Translations under genes and position numbers: made by a program
Assembly (NCBI GenBank): GCA_001599295.1
Contig: BCGN01000003.1
Location: forward strand, 1 to 64,000
From: Sporopachydermia quercuum
Lineage: Eukaryota
DNA length: 64,000 nt
Direction of reading: 5' to 3'
Part shown: piece by piece, positions 62,725 through 64,000 of the stretch
Position numbering within the stretch: the first letter of the stretch is position 1
Layout: every line of letters begins with the position of its first letter
The notes under the pieces: model-generated
What the model saw: the letters and a program-made list of their open reading frames with translations, nothing else
Told to the model about the DNA's origin: nothing
Databases searched by the model: none

Positions 62725-62814
62725 TCAATTCATCTTTCCAATTCACCTTTCCAATTCACCTTTCCAATTCACCTTTCCAATTCACCTTTCCAATTCACCT
62801 TTCCAATTCACCTT
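62725..62814. repeat. 13-bp minisatellite (CCAATTCACCTTT), ~7 copies
   Basis: Five perfect copies at 62738-62802, flanked by one degenerate and one near-complete copy. Confidence 0.9.
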
Positions 62815-64000
62815 ATCTCAAATACTTTTCCATTAGAAGCAAAGCACTTGATGGTATGTATGGACGTGATAGGAGTGACATAGCAATGAAGGATCTCACG
62901 GTACAAATAGTAACATGTCAGAAATACGATACAACCAGCAACGAGTTTAACGTATTTCCTGCCTTCGATCCCTTCTAGATCCCAAAGAAATGATCATTCA
63001 GCCTTAACCTTTCTCCTGGTCCAGCTGCCACTTGTAGGAATAATAACTCGAGCATCAGAACAGAAAAAGCCTGAGAAAAGGCTAAACTGGAATGATATAA
63101 TGTGCCAGCTATTAACCTTGAATAGTCATCAGCTGCTAAGCAGAACGAGTCATCAAGATAATACTAGGAAAAGAGTAACTACTTCTATTTCTCTGGAATC
63201 TATGAGCGAGCGCTTCTATCAAAGGGAGCAAGATGATAGTCGAGAGGAAAGATTTGTTTAACACACAGAGATAGCAACACATTCGTCGGGTATCAACTGT
63301 TTTGATTTGACATAAATATTGCTATTCAATTGAAGCAATTGGAACCTCAAAGTTGTAAAGATCCCTATAATCTTTTTCCCTATTACTTCTCACGCCGGTT
63401 CCTGGAACATAAACATAAATATAAGATAAGNCTTCAATACCTAATAAGTGATTCTAGCTAGGTGCATATCTTGGAATATAGCTTTGATCCTAATTCTCAT
63501 CATGGTATAAGGATTAGAATAACTTCCAACGATAATACTATGACTGCTCCTGCTTGTATGTCTTCTGTTTATATGGCCCGCTCTAGATGTAGAACGGTGT
63601 AGAACGGCCTATAGGTTAAGCATCCTTGGTCCCAGTTAGACCAAATGGTAGACGTAGGAAAGCCCAGTTTTTACGCGCCTCTGATGCTTATAACAGCGTC
63701 CATGGCATCTGAAGGACTTAAATTTCAAAGTATGTTGATTTGGTGTTTTCATTATCAGATTATCCACTCAGTGGTAGTGCCGATTCAAAAGCAATTAAGC
63801 CACCATTTATTAATGGTTCGCTCATTAGAGGACTAATGCTGTCGTACGGCCTGAATATTACATTATTGAACAATACAGTGATTTCGTCAATAGGTTCCTG
63901 CACGCTAGGAACATCAACAGAAAGCTGAACCAATTGCAACAACTGCATAATGAACGGGAATTTCTAACAATAAATACCAAAGACAAGTTCAGCACTTGGA

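Noticed and set aside
62725..62814. 13-bp array as CRISPR, telomere or coding repeat (ORF 62584-62883)
   Set aside because: It has no spacers, lies internally in eukaryotic DNA, and the ORF starts at TTG and is just the translated minisatellite.
63400..64000. Coding-like short ORFs at the right edge
   Set aside because: They are ~60-aa fragments on both strands with no identifiable motif. They may be a relic but cannot be supported.

Overview
This is AT-rich budding-yeast (Saccharomycotina-like) genomic DNA. CTG reads as Leu, judged from conserved kinesin and TauD motifs. The window opens with about 9 copies of an 11-bp C-rich repeat (candidate left telomere). Next comes an accessory region with an MCH-type MFS transporter and a ~33-kb organosulfur-scavenging cluster (7.5-40.6 kb). 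That cluster holds a MUP1-like methionine permease, four JLP1/TauD-family Fe(II)/2-oxoglutarate dioxygenases, a BDS1/SdsA1-type alkylsulfatase, a formylglycine-type arylsulfatase, a SOA1-like transporter and two tandem DAL5-family transporters, with Cbf1-type E-boxes in several promoters. One TauD paralog has an intact ORF but has lost iron and 2OG ligands. A three-gene polyol module follows (sugar porter, intron-containing Zn2Cys6 factor, LAD/LadB-like dehydrogenase) with Mig1/CreA-type sites. Core genes come last: RLM1-like MADS factor, PRX1 and a GC-rich kinesin-5. A candidate H/ACA-like ncRNA lies between RLM1 and PRX1. All family assignments come from motif recognition, not database searches.
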